A stretch of 64,000 nt of DNA from Octopus sinensis (lineage: Eukaryota): NCBI RefSeq assembly GCF_006345805.1, contig NW_021826031.1:62001-126000 (forward strand). Reading direction: 5' to 3'. The notes beneath the pieces were generated by a model, which was given only the letters and a program-made list of their open reading frames with translations, was not told where the DNA came from and did no database searches. The number at the start of each line of letters is the position of its first letter. Position 1 is the first letter of the stretch. Positions 25,970 to 39,044 of this stretch are shown piece by piece. Both the position numbers and the translations under genes were made by a program.

Positions 25970-26295
25970 ATTTGCCATGAAATGGAGGCAAACTTTAAAA
26001 ATTTGTTACTTCATACCAAAATTCAAGGGCTATCGAGGGGTAAAGCATTAACGAGGGTTTTAAAATTAAAGGACGAAGTGAGTGAGTTATTTAAATTGGA
26101 AAGGAATTCTGATTTTGTTGAAAAATATATAGCTTGCGTATTTACCTGATATTTTACAAATATTAAACGAGGTTAATGCAAGGATGTTCTGAGACTATTT
26201 TATCGTCGACGGAAAAATTAAATTCTTTAAAAATTAAAATCAGTTTTTGGAGAAAAAGGGTTTTAGGTGGCGCTTATACTATGTTTCCTACAAAA
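25970..26295 (+). mobile_element. hAT Buster/ZBED8-like transposase remnant
   Basis: NLLLHTKIQGLSRGKALTRVLKLKDEV..LAYLPDILQILNEVN..MQG..KISFW (compare LLHTEVRWLSRGKVL). Confidence 0.75.
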
Positions 26296-26520
26296 ATATT
26301 CTTCCCTCGAGGACCGCTACCGCGTTACGCCAATCGCCCTGGAGCCGCGGGAAAGGAGACCGACTCGTTCCTCAATGAGGTCAGGCAGTCCATTGGGAGG
26401 AGGCTCAAGGACCCGTGAGAGGGCCTCTGGTTCCGCCAGCGCATCGGTCTGGCCATTGTCCGCGGCAACCCACACTGCGTCCTTGCCGCTGGCACATAAC
26501 GCTTTTCTTCTATTTCTGTA
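26296..26520 (+). mobile_element. CRE-like retrotransposon 3' fragment
   Basis: KYSSLEDRYRVTPIALE..GAAGKETDSFL..GRRLKDP..WFRQRIGLAIVRGN; GC-rich. Confidence 0.7.
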
Positions 26521-27544
26521 ATTAATTAAATTCAAAAAGTACCAAAAAAATTTTTTTATGTGTGCCGTGGATTATTTTTTACGATAAGTGTGCAGCAAGA
26601 ATTATTTTTTGAAAAACTCTGTATTACGTATTCCCATTTATCAGGAAATCTGAATTGCTGATTGAACATGAGCTTTTTCCTTTTTGTAGATTTATCAAAC
26701 ACATCCTTGCCAGGATTCTCTTCGATGGCCAAAAATAGCAACAAATGAAAATGTTTCACAGCATTTTAATGTCTCGTTGCATATACACGAAAGAACTGCT
26801 ATCATAAGTCGGTGTTAGTATGTCCTTGATTTGGCAAGATTTACAGATTCAACCTTTATTAGTGTTGCTGTCGCTAGTCCATTCCTCTCTATATTTGTCC
26901 TACTAATCAGGACTAACAAATTAATTTTTGTATAATGAAAGAATAACTTAGAAACCAACTTGTTGAGTAAAAACATTGTTAGACATTTATTTACATGTTT
27001 GTAATCATAGGTATAGAGAATTACTTCTCCAATGAAATGTAATATGATAATTGACCAAAGTTGAACGAGTCTGGCTGTTCTTATTGTGGTATTTAACGAT
27101 TTAAGACTTGGGTGTTAAAACACGTCACAAAAAGTAGGAAACAAAAAAAGAATCGACTTGTGGTCAAATTATGCAATTGATGTTTAAATGTTTAACAAAT
27201 CTTTACTACAACAGTTGGTTAAAAATAATCGGTTCATAAAAAGCACATTAGTGTACGACTATTTAAATAAAACAACTTTGAGAAAATAACAATTCTGACT
27301 TAATAGTGACACACTCAATCTACACATGCCTGCCACTATGAAAATACAACTATTGACCAAACGGCCAACAAATTCACTAAAAGGACTGTAAATATAACCC
27401 CTTGAAGAGTCAGCTGGTATCACAGGGTCAAATGTCTAAGAAAAAAAAGAACGAGTAACAAGACAGGGATAGACTCCGTGGTCATATTTTATAACAATGT
27501 GATTAAATGATGCAGAGTAAAATTAATAAAACAGGACTTGTTAA

Positions 27545-27931
27545 CTATCGCCTGACAATTGATTTTAATTTCTTTCGATTCATTTTCTTCAACTTGCGAG
27601 GATCACTTATCTAAGAAATAACCACCCTGATACTCACAGGCTGAACAATCTCAGATTTCAAACTGTTTTTTGCCCTCCGTTCTTTATTTTCAGCTATTTT
27701 TTGTCTTTGAGCCACCAAACGAGCTTTGCGATCATCGAGTAGTGTTTTCTCAAAATTCTTGACTTTGTTTAGATTCGCCTTCAACTTGATTTTCTTTTCC
27801 AAGTTCATGCGAGTTCCTTTAGACATACTCAATGCAGAATGACTATAATAATGATATAATATTGACCGACGGAGCCTTGGCGTTTTCCATCTTCTTCCAG
27901 ATTTGGGGATTCCGCGTGGAATTGTATTCAT
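27545..27931 (-). CDS. CCDC86: CCDC86/Cgr1 nucleolar protein
   Basis: MNTIPRGIPKSGRRWK...ENKERRAKNSLKSEIVQP|ISDPRKLKKM; two micro-introns. Confidence 0.85.
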
Positions 27932-28822
27932 CCAACTAATTTTCTCACAACACAACACACGTTTGTATTATTTTATTTAAAAAGTAATAAAAAATAAATT
28001 TTTTACTAATATTTTTTTAATAATTAAATGAAATTTAAATTCTTGAGAGTTAACTTTAACTTTCGACTTAAAATAAATAAATATGATTTTTAGTCCACGG
28101 CATTAACAATTTAAGAGCTCCCAATAATTTCAGGAAAAATCTACATTACGAGGATATTGCAGGTACTTTTCTGGGTCATCTTAACGACAAATAACTAGAC
28201 TGATGGCCAATAAACTTATCACCAATTAAAATAGTAGTGTTGTCTTAATTCTGTATACTAATTTTCGAAACTACTGCATATTGGTTTTTTACAAACCTTG
28301 AACTGGTTTATTATCAAATTCGGGGAAATCACTTGATCGTTATTCCCAACCAATTCGTTAATAGTCGGCTTATTTCTGACTGTAAATTCATTTCTTGTAT
28401 GGTCAGTATTTCGCAAATAGAAAACAGCTTAAAGTGGAAAAATGTGAAAATTTAATTTTATTGTTAGAAAACGAACAAATCGTCAAATAAATCCTTTTTA
28501 TTAAAATTTCAAAAGTCAAAATTAGTTTTTATGTATTTTTATATCTAGCTATTTAATGACGAACCCCTCAGTCGAATGCTTTCAAAAATAGCAAAAACTT
28601 TTCACTTTTAGTAAACTGGCTAAATTAATTCACAAGGAGTTTAGAGACCCATTTGTCGTAAAATATTATTTGGTCGTATTACTGCTTCATTTGAATTGAT
28701 AATTAATTATTTCCAAATTAAATCCGACTGTCATCCATTCTAAGAATTGTCTAAACTCCCCAAACTGTGCCTAGCCAACCTCTTTATCGTTCGAACAAGT
28801 AAAAAGTATATTTAAAAGAATA

Positions 28823-29602
28823 TTATTTACGCGTGTAATATTTATGGGGGGACAGCAAATAGGGAAGTGTGCCCACAACACAACTCAATGCGGAAAAACA
28901 GCAGAGAACATAAAATAGAGTAGAATGAACATCGTGAGAGAATGGACTCCACTCTCCACTCAATCCCCACAAAATGGTCCCAGTGGCCACCACAGTGTTG
29001 ACCTATCACTCTCACATGTAAACCTACTCGGCTAAGAAAGGACGGTTCTACCCGCACGTGACTCAACCTGCAACACAATTTGGAGGCCACTCTGAGGGAG
29101 GAAGTCAATAAAACAGTCTCTCGGACAACCAGTGCCCCAAACCACCAATCTGGATGTTGGATTAAAAATACTTGGAAGTAGAGCTGACCAGAACATTGCC
29201 CCAGTTGTCAGTAATATTAATGTTTTGTCAGCCAGGGGTCGAGGACTGACCCAAATTTGGATCTCTGACTTACAAAACGACGGGCAATCCACCCATCGAC
29301 CTACAAAAGTGGCATTTCGGATATTACGTAGTCGAGGAATGCCAGTCCGAAAAATAGTGCTGATGCTGTACCAAGGTTGCCGACAATCACTTGATGTGCT
29401 ACAACAGGAGACCCCATTAGTCTAATTCCGCTTAGAATGTTGGGAATAGTAATTCTGTAGTATTTCTGTGAATGAGATGTTTCAATTTAACCCCATTTTT
29501 AGTTGTCTGGTCATCGTGGATTATTCTAGAATTATTCAACACAGATCTGAAAGCAGTGCCTATTAAACACTTGTGGTTAGCCACCCGTAAAAAAGAATAC
29601 AT
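28823..29602 (-). CDS. CRLS1: Cardiolipin synthase (CDP-alcohol phosphatidyltransferase); apparent 1-nt frameshift
   Basis: TIPNILSGIRL...LDY|VDGWIARRF..QRSKFGSVLD/PLADK...EPSFLSR|VNT. The frame breaks in the G-run at 29235-29238. Confidence 0.85.
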
Positions 29603-29678
29603 GTGAAAAACACCACTAAATTAAATTTTAAACAATAATAATAATTTAACAGATTAAGTAAAATGAGAAAAAACAAGT

Positions 29679-30770
<1,092 letters not shown>

Positions 30771-31689
30771 ATGATATATATTTAATAATGTTTTATTTGT
30801 GTCACGAAATTTATTAAATAAAATTTTAAATACTATTTTATCGTGTGTCTTATTGTTGAGTTAATTTAGATGGCCCTTGTAATAAAATGTTCCAAGCCAT
30901 TCACTTATTTATTAAAAAAAATGTTTTTCTGGGGTCTGATTCCGTTTATAATGTACCTCGGTAATGGCCATATTTAATCAGTCCTTAGGTTTTAACACGG
31001 GTGCGGACGACGGAATGCCTCCACTGACTTTACTGAGGTACCTCATTCATTTCTACCACTTTCAGTCTTTTATGGGGATAGAATTTAATTTTACTTTTTC
31101 TTACTAACTTTGTTTACTTATTACATTTCTCTAAGATTTCATAGTCTTTTAACTATCAAGAGATAAGGCCATGTGCCACTGACTAACTCTGGAGGGGTAT
31201 TTCCATGTCGTCTTTATATTTAACATATTGATGATCTGCTGATTATTTCAGCGCAACCAATGCTATTTTTTATGCCAAATATGGACTACTTTCAACTTAA
31301 ATATGGACTATATGCTTGTGTGTCGATATTTATTAATGTTGTCTCTTCGGTCGTCTGATTTGCGAGTCCGCAAAAGACAGCGGCACTAATTTGTTTGAAA
31401 AGAGATGAACTTTTTAACAGCGGTTTATCCGGTTTTGTATGCCCGTCCGCCAAGGTTGACGCTCTTAAACTAATCGGAAGGACATTCTCCTTGGAGAATC
31501 GTTATGGTCACCCCAGTTGATTGAGCAATGGGGAATATTAACCTGACTGACACTGCTATCTCTCAATATAGCTGCTTTGCAGGAACTGGCTATTCCATTT
31601 AATACAACTCACCAGAATTTGGCTACTCATGTCATATCGGACAAATGTCCTCTTCCATGTGTACTTCTTGGCACAGACAGTCGTCTCTA

Positions 31690-32281
31690 TTATTATTAGA
31701 ACCAAGATCACCGTCCAAAACATAGAACTAATTAATCAGGTGATTCCGCCTTCTCTGAAGAGGGTCCTCATCTTTGCTCGGTACTCCCCCTAGTCCCGAT
31801 ACAATTTCTATGAGGGCGCGGTGGTGGAGTTTTAGGCCCATGCTTCCTTCCCAAGATTTCCCAAATTTTTCTTGAGTTTTTTCGATTTTTTTACAGTTCG
31901 TTTCACTGACAAACCCTCCCCACAAGCATAACTAATGGAGGGTTCGATGTATTGCCGGTATATTGATTGGCGTGTGGGGAAGCTGATCCATTCTTTGCAT
32001 TTTCGGAGAACCACTTTTAAGATGTTCAGTTTCTTCATTCAGCTGGTAGTAACATTGGGAGAAACACATATGACTATCGTAAGTCACGCTGAGGATTTCC
32101 ATGTTGTTTAAATACAAGTTCACCACCATTTTCCCAAGCTTTCTTGCTCAAGTCAGAAGCGTAGTGACTGATTTTTCAGGACAAGTTGATAGTCGATTTA
32201 TTGAGAGCCAACATTCGAGATTGTGGTAGTTCTGCAGTTTTGATCTTGCCGTGTTAACCTCCAAGTAGCAATCACAATTGG
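31690..32281 (-). mobile_element. 5'-truncated LINE fragment with (TAA)n tail and 16-bp TSD, inside an older degenerate element
   Basis: CAGACAGTCGTCTCTA at 31674-31689 and 32282-32297; TTATTATTA next to the left copy; RT-thumb-like KLNILKV..SIYRQYIEPSISYAC. Confidence 0.6.
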
Positions 32282-32428
32282 CAGACAGTCGTCTCTACAG
32301 ACTGGCTTATAAATTGGAATCGATAATCCTTGAATTTAACCATAAATTGAAGTGATATAAAAATAAATATACTTGTTGAATATTAATAGAATATACACCT
32401 CTATTCAGTTGTGTAATACAAATAGGGA

Positions 32429-34791
32429 ATGGCCCCTTCAGACCAACAGAACGACACGTTTCTGAAATACAAAAGAAATCCCGACTACTGCAAATCAAAC
32501 ATCACTCAAAAACAAGACAAGCACGATTTTGCCAGCCTTCGAGGTTAGCATTCCCGACTATTCACAGAGCGACTGACTGAGGAATTAAACAAGCAAAGTT
32601 GCGAATGCTTAATATGCTGTGCCACAATCGTCCGGACTGCGCGGATATGGAATTGTGGCTCCTGTTATAACGTCTACCACCTCTCCTGCATTAAGGAATG
32701 GGCTTTGTCCAGCAAGAAAGACACCTGGCCTTGTCCCTCCTGCAAATTTGCTCACATTATCATTCCCAATACATACAGGTGTATTTATATAATATATTCA
32801 GATGTTTTTGTGGCAATGTGAAGGATCCAGTTTCGACAGACTGGACAGCACACAGTTGTGGCAATATTTGTGGGAGGGTTGGACTCTGCGGACACAAATG
32901 TGTGCTCAGATGTCACCCCGGGGCATGTCCTCCCTGTCCAATGTCCGTCCAAATTCACTGCTTTTGTGGCAACACCAGCAAATTCGATCGTTGTTGGAGG
33001 CACAATCACACCTTCTCCTGTCAAACTGGCAAATGTGGCAAGAGATTGAACTGCGGAGTGCACTACTGCCAGGAAATATGCCATCCTGGTGACTGTCGTG
33101 ACTGCACTGAGAAAATGACAGTCGGTTTGTCAATTTCTCTAATCCCAGACTGTTTTTGCGGCCAGGAAAGCAGACAATTGGAATGTGCATATGACCAGTC
33201 TGGGTATAGTTGTGAGGGAGTCTGTTCTCGGTATTTATCCTGTGGAGTGCACACCTGTTTGGAGAAGTGTCATCCCCCCACATGCCAAACATGTCCTCTC
33301 CACATTGAGAATCTGAGGACATGTGTCTGTGGACAAACCCCGATAAAAGAACTGTTCAATGCAAGGACAGGAGTGCTCGAATGTCTCCCGACCTGTCATA
33401 AAATATGTGGGAAGCCACTGAAATGTGATTCCAACCATTTCTGTCATTGGATGTGTCATTCTGGTGAGTGTCCTGACCACTGTGAGGAAGGAATGTCCAG
33501 AATTGTCTGTCGTTGTGGGAAAACAGTCCAAGACGTGTCCTGTCGTGAGGCAGTCGAGTCCTTCCAGTGTGGGACTGTCTGCAACACACGGAAAGACTGC
33601 AAAAGACACACCTGTCACGACAAATGCTGCAATTTAAGTACTATTTATATAAGAGTAGTAATCCACTATTGCAATGAAGTGTGTGGGCGACCACTGGCCT
33701 GTAATAATCACAAGTGCGAGGAAAAGTGCCACTCTGGCAAGTGCAAGAAGTGTCCTTATTTGAGTAAGTGGGGTCATTTATTAGACACGGACGAACTGTT
33801 TTGTCACTGTGGGGGTACAGTCATCCTCCCTCCTACTCCGTGTGGGACTCCTCCACCCACGTGCAGTCTCCCCTGCAGTCGTCCTCAGGAGTGTACTATT
33901 CACCCGGCCAATCACGACTGTCATCCCAGTGGGGACTGCCCTCCCTGCAACCGTCGAATATCAGCAACCTGCTATGGCGGACACAAGGTGGCCTACTGAG
34001 GGAATATCGTAGAAATTGGATACTGTTCTGTGCTATAGAAAATCGTTCAGTTGTGGAGATAAGTGTGGAAAACCATTGAAGTGTGGCATTCATTTTTGTC
34101 AGTCTACGTGCCACCAGGTTGGCCATGACTGAGTATAAAAGGGGGAGTGTAGTGGATGTACTCAACCATGCACAGTGAGGAGGGTCGACTGTGGGCATAT
34201 TTGTGGGATTGTCTGTTCTAAACACACCAAATGTTGTCCGGAGCCATGCCCAATGACAGTTCCACGTATTAGTAATGTGAAGATTAAACTGTATTGCAAA
34301 TGTGGAGTAAAGATGGAGAAGACTGTGTGTAGTAACAGAACTATTGACTGTGATGACAGTTGTGTCAGACAGAGGCGTCTCAATGCCTTTAAAGATGTGT
34401 TTGGGACGCCTGATTTGTCATTCGAATATTCCTTCACCCAATCGTGGACACAAACAGCCAGGCAATGTCCACAATTAAATTGCATAGACAGAATATTAAA
34501 TTCATTGAGAGTGTGGAACGAATATTATCCGACCTGATTGGCCGACTGAGTGAGGTTAGCCACTGTAGAAACACTCCTTAGGGAACTGAAATGAGTCTGG
34601 TTTATGACTTTCCCCCAATGAGTCACGAAAAGTGCACAATTATTGAGAAGATGGCCGAGTACTACCAATGTGAGGCACATTTGTACGACTATGAGCCACA
34701 TATGAATGCCACTGTCATTGTCTATAAAACAAGTGCATTGCCCAGTCGACTTGTATCCGATTTGCTTAGAAATAAGACTTTAAATTGTTGA
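32429..34791 (+). CDS. NFX1: NF-X1 (RING/PHD, NF-X1 zinc fingers, degenerate R3H)
   Basis: CLICCATI..IWNCGSCYNVYHLSCIKEW, repeated CGxHxCxxxCHxGxC fingers, C-terminal FPPM..YDYEP. Confidence 0.9.
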
Positions 34792-34839
34792 TTTTATTTT
34801 GAGTTGGTTAATAAATATATTCTTTTCTTGTGTGGATGA

Positions 34840-36026
34840 ATGTCAATTTCAGTTAATGCTTACTACATGGTTCACAGTCAGGGGCAATCTGGTTTGCTGT
34901 AATAATTGTAAATAAGAAATTGGATTAATAGTTGCAAAACGGCCAAATATTTTTATCAGAAATGAAATGGAGTATTATGTCCATTTCACACCACCCCGTC
35001 AAGACGACTGGGTTAATCCCGGACAAATCACTACCCCTGCGACCACAGACGACATTCCCCATCCCCCAAACACAGTCCAAATTCGATATATCAATTACGT
35101 CCAATTCGGCAAATTGTTATTCAAGACAAAATGCCCTTCCATGTACCCCGATCCTTACAACTTGTTACCAATAATATTTATATGTCCCAAATGCCTAAAG
35201 TACATGAGATATCTCCAACCTTTCCAGTCTCATTTAGTACTTTCCATTTATATATTCCCAGAATGTGGACGATTGTGCCTTCCCCGGCAGAGTTATATAC
35301 AAGAAGGATTGTCTTCGAGTATATAAAGTCGAGGGAAGTGAGGACAAGGTTGCCTTTTTCTGTCACTTTTCAGTTGTTTTGTCAAAATTTGTGTTTATTT
35401 GCCAAAATGTTCCTCGATAAAAAAATTGTCTGCTACCAAGTACAGATGTTTGTTTTTTACTGTTTGACATCCACGGAAAAGGGAACGGAGACTCTCGTGG
35501 GATATTTCTCGAAGGTCAGTCGTGGTTTGTCAGTTTTGCAGGAAAACAACTCGGATCTGTTCAACCTTGCCTGCATTTTAATCTTTCCGCCCTATCAAGG
35601 AAAAGGATTTGGAAAGTTTTTAATTTCTTTGAGTTGTGTTTTGTGTGGTTATTTTCAGGCTATCAACTTTCGATATTTTCTGGTGTTTTTGGGTCTCCGG
35701 AGAAGCCCTTGTCGGCCTCGGGTTTTGCGGCCTACAAGTCGTATTGGACGTGGACATTGTTTAATTATTTGCTCACGTGTCGCAAGTCCGAGAGTATTGA
35801 ATTGGAGAGAATTACGTAATCCAGTCTAATAATCTTAAGGAAGAAGACTGGGATTATCCGACAAGATATTTTGTCTGTTTTTGAAGGCCTTTCGTCGTTA
35901 AATTTTGTTTTGCAGCCTTCTCAGATTTCCATTTGTAAACCAGAACTCAGAAGACTATTCAACAAATTAAAGCGCCCCATTTTGCTTGTCGATCAGAGAT
36001 ATTTTTGTCAGAGTTTTTTTACTTGA
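34840..36026 (+). CDS. Minimal MYST-family histone acetyltransferase (KAT5/KAT8-like) with Tudor-knot
   Basis: EYYVHF..DDWV, C2HC finger ICPKCLKY, FCQNLCLFAKMFLD, NLACILIFPPYQGKGFG, GSPEKPLS. Confidence 0.9.
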
Positions 36027-36281
36027 TTTCAATATATAAAATTGGCAATTTTCGAGATTTTTTTTGTTTTTTTAATTAAATATAGCAAAATATGTCCATT
36101 CAAAACACAATCACGTCGGCAATAGGCCCACTGGGAGAACTTTGGAGTAAATAAAGTGGCCCAGTCTCTCACCTACAAAAGGCTAAAAAGACTGCTGAAC
36201 AAAACAGACATTTAAACATATTTTATATTGCTTGTTTATAATAATAATAAAGATTTGGAATTAAAACTTATAAATTGTGAA

Positions 36282-37630
36282 ATGAGCGTGGGGCATGCGA
36301 TTGGTTCATTGAAGGAAAATGAATATTTCGGGGCCGGATTCGGTTTGTTGGGAGTGGGGACTGCCTTGGCATTATCTCGCAAATTATGGCAGTACTCGTT
36401 GGTTGCATTCCGTCGGCATTGCATGACCACAATGGAGGTGAGTTAAGAACATTCGGACAGTCAGGTCACCAACCATGATCCGAGTTATCGATGGCTTCAG
36501 AACTATTTGGTTGTGCATCATCCGCGGACATTCCAACATGTGAGTCTCAACACACGCTACGTGGAAAGTGCCAATCACCAATCCTTGGCCAGTTTTGAGT
36601 TCATTCCGGCGACTGGAATTCATTATTTGTGGTTGGTGGAGTGTGATTAATGGAAGGGAGGGGGGACAGCCAATTCGAATTGAGCGGAGTAGGGAAACCA
36701 GGCATTCGGGGGATCCCTTCGAGACAGTGACTCTCACCAAATTGGGGAAAGGAGAGAAAGTATTCACAAACATGTTGGTGGAAGCCTGGAACGAGGAAAG
36801 CATATCGAGAGTGTGTGCTGTCATAATCCGAGTAGTCCGGCAAAACTGTCATTTTCACTCCAATGGGGAGTTGGCAACAGTTTGGGCATCCTCGTGTCCC
36901 TCGCCCTATTGAGTCAGTTATTCTTAGAGGGAACACACGTGATCGAATCCTTAAGGACATTCAGGGATTCATATCCTTCTCTCAGTGGTATAGAACTCGA
37001 GGGGTACCATATCGACGGGGTTATCTTCTCCATGGCCCTCCTGGTTGTGGGAAGACGAGTTTTATATTTGCTCTTGCAGGTTTCTTAGTCCATCACAAGT
37101 TCAGGCCATTTGGGGTACAATTTGTGTCTTCTTAGTGCCTCGTCTGGACTTGTCTCCGACGACCGACTTGTCCATTTGCTGTCATCTGCCCCTCTCTGTA
37201 GTATTATTCTAATCGAAGACATCGACTCTGTTTTCTGTATTGTTTATTTTCTATTCCGTAGCTGGAAACTCTCCTTCTTTGACCTTCAGTGGTCTCCTTA
37301 ATGCTATCGACGGTGTCCTGTCCTCAGAGGGACGTATAATATTCATGACTACTAACCATATTGACCGGTATCTCTTTTCTATATCACAGACTCGATCCTG
37401 CACTACTTCGTCCTGGAAGAGTTGATGTGACGGTCGAATTTGGCTACTGCGATAAAGATCAGATTATTTCTCTTTTTTCTCGTTTTTATCCTCATTCCTC
37501 GACAACTGACTCCGCATGCTTTGCTGATCGACTGTTGGAAGTGCATCCGAATGTGTCTCCAGCATATGTCCAAGGTATCTTTCTCCGCTGCAAAGACGAC
37601 TATCGGAATGCTATTAATTCTATCAATTAA
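36282..37630 (+). CDS. BCS1L: Mitochondrial AAA chaperone BCS1
   Basis: [63 protein letters not shown]. Confidence 0.95.
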
Positions 37631-38205
37631 TTGCTTTTATTTTAACAAATCGCATTGACTGCCTTTCGGTTTAACTAACGATTGAATTCTGGATAATTTG
37701 TGCGTCACTTTTTGTGTTTTTTACTTTTCTTCTCGTCTGAATGGTCTCTTACTGTTTTGTAATTTATTCCTGACATGTTTTTATTCTGCATTTGTACACA
37801 ATTAAAAATATAGATTTCATTTTTTATCAATATAATACGATTTCATGTTTCAGCAGATCAAAAGTTTGTTTCAAAAAAATTAAATTGACCGTCTGATTTT
37901 GACCAACAATTTAAGGGAACTAACGTGTATTTTTTTGATGTGAATTACGATTCTATTTTAATTTCAAGCTCAATATTATGTTTGTATTTAAAATAAGCAG
38001 TGGAGTCTTGCTTTATTTATAATCTCATCAGTCGTCGATAAATAAACATAAATATCCAGAACTTCCTTCAGCGCTTGTTTAAATGTGACTATGTTGTCTG
38101 CAGAGTGAATAATCCAGCCGAAAATCGACGACTCGGCAAGATTCCCACAATATTTATGACAACCAAAATAATACTTTTTAATATTAATTTAATTATATTA
38201 TTACA

Positions 38206-38592
38206 ATGGAACATGCTGAGGTGATCTTTATTGATGAAGTCGAAAAATACCAATCATCGGGGATTAAACACGTCCGACTAACTGGAAGGTATATTTAATC
38301 ATTTTCAATACAAGGTTACTATCCCGAGACAATATCGAACATTGGTGTATTCTGGCCGATGTCACTGGTGCTCACTCAATCCGCGTGTCGACACAACTGG
38401 TCGAGCCCTACGATGTAGATTAGCAAGTATTTAATGTAGGGTACCGTTGGGGGTTGTCTCCAATTTATTGGGGATCTTGTCTGTGATGGCCACGATATTC
38501 ATTTTGTGGCTTCCATATGGTGCAGAGTTAGCATCCTCGATTTAATATCATACCAATCCGCTGTTAAACAAAGACGCACTTTTCTCTCATGA
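38206..38592 (+). CDS. TEN1: CST complex subunit TEN1 (absent from the ORF track)
   Basis: Spliced: ..VRLTGR|LLS..IRVSTQLVEPYD|GTVGGCLQFIGDL..ASIWCRVSILDLISYQSAVKQRRTFLS*; parallels human TEN1 LRTFGRL, TKLVEPF, VLGEL. Confidence 0.75.
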
Positions 38593-39030
38593 ATTTTCTA
38601 TATATTTTATAGTTATTGTACTTGGTCTGACACTTTCTCTAATAAATAAGCACTGAGATCGGGATCGTCCAAAAGTAGTTAAAACATTAAGAATCCCTCC
38701 TCCGGAAGTTGGACAGAGGTCCTTTTTATGAACAGACGGATGCCTTCCGATATATGAGGTTTATATTTTTATAAAAATGTCAACTTTTATGCTTTTTCCG
38801 CAGTTTCAAGAATGATGGTTAGCATTCCTGAAACACTTTTCGTTAATTTTTCTTGTCGGTTGTCAGTAACTTGCTTATATGAGATTTAAAAAAAACAATC
38901 TTCCTATTCTCTCAGCTGAATGGACTTTTAACTAAGAATAAGTAAAGTCACTAAATTTAATAATTTTTACTTAAACGATGATTTGTTGACAATCTTGATA
39001 ACATAATAAATATTGCTACCTGGATAAATC

Positions 39031-39044
39031 ATCGTCATGGATAC
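39031..39044. promoter_or_regulatory. X-box-like motif overlapping the NPHP4 start codon
   Basis: ATCGTCATGGATAC (reverse complement GTATCCATGACGAT); the central ATG is 39037. Confidence 0.45.

Noticed and set aside
26540-26900. hAT N-terminal zinc-finger remnant
   Set aside because: Only a weak VICNETL resemblance; too degenerate to call.
28842-29425. RPA3-like or plus-strand ORFs
   Set aside because: Explained as exons and shadow frames of minus-strand CRLS1.
32785-34485. Many overlapping and antisense ORFs over NFX1 (likewise over BCS1, TYMS, CNNM)
   Set aside because: Shadow frames of GC-richer coding exons with no recognisable motifs.
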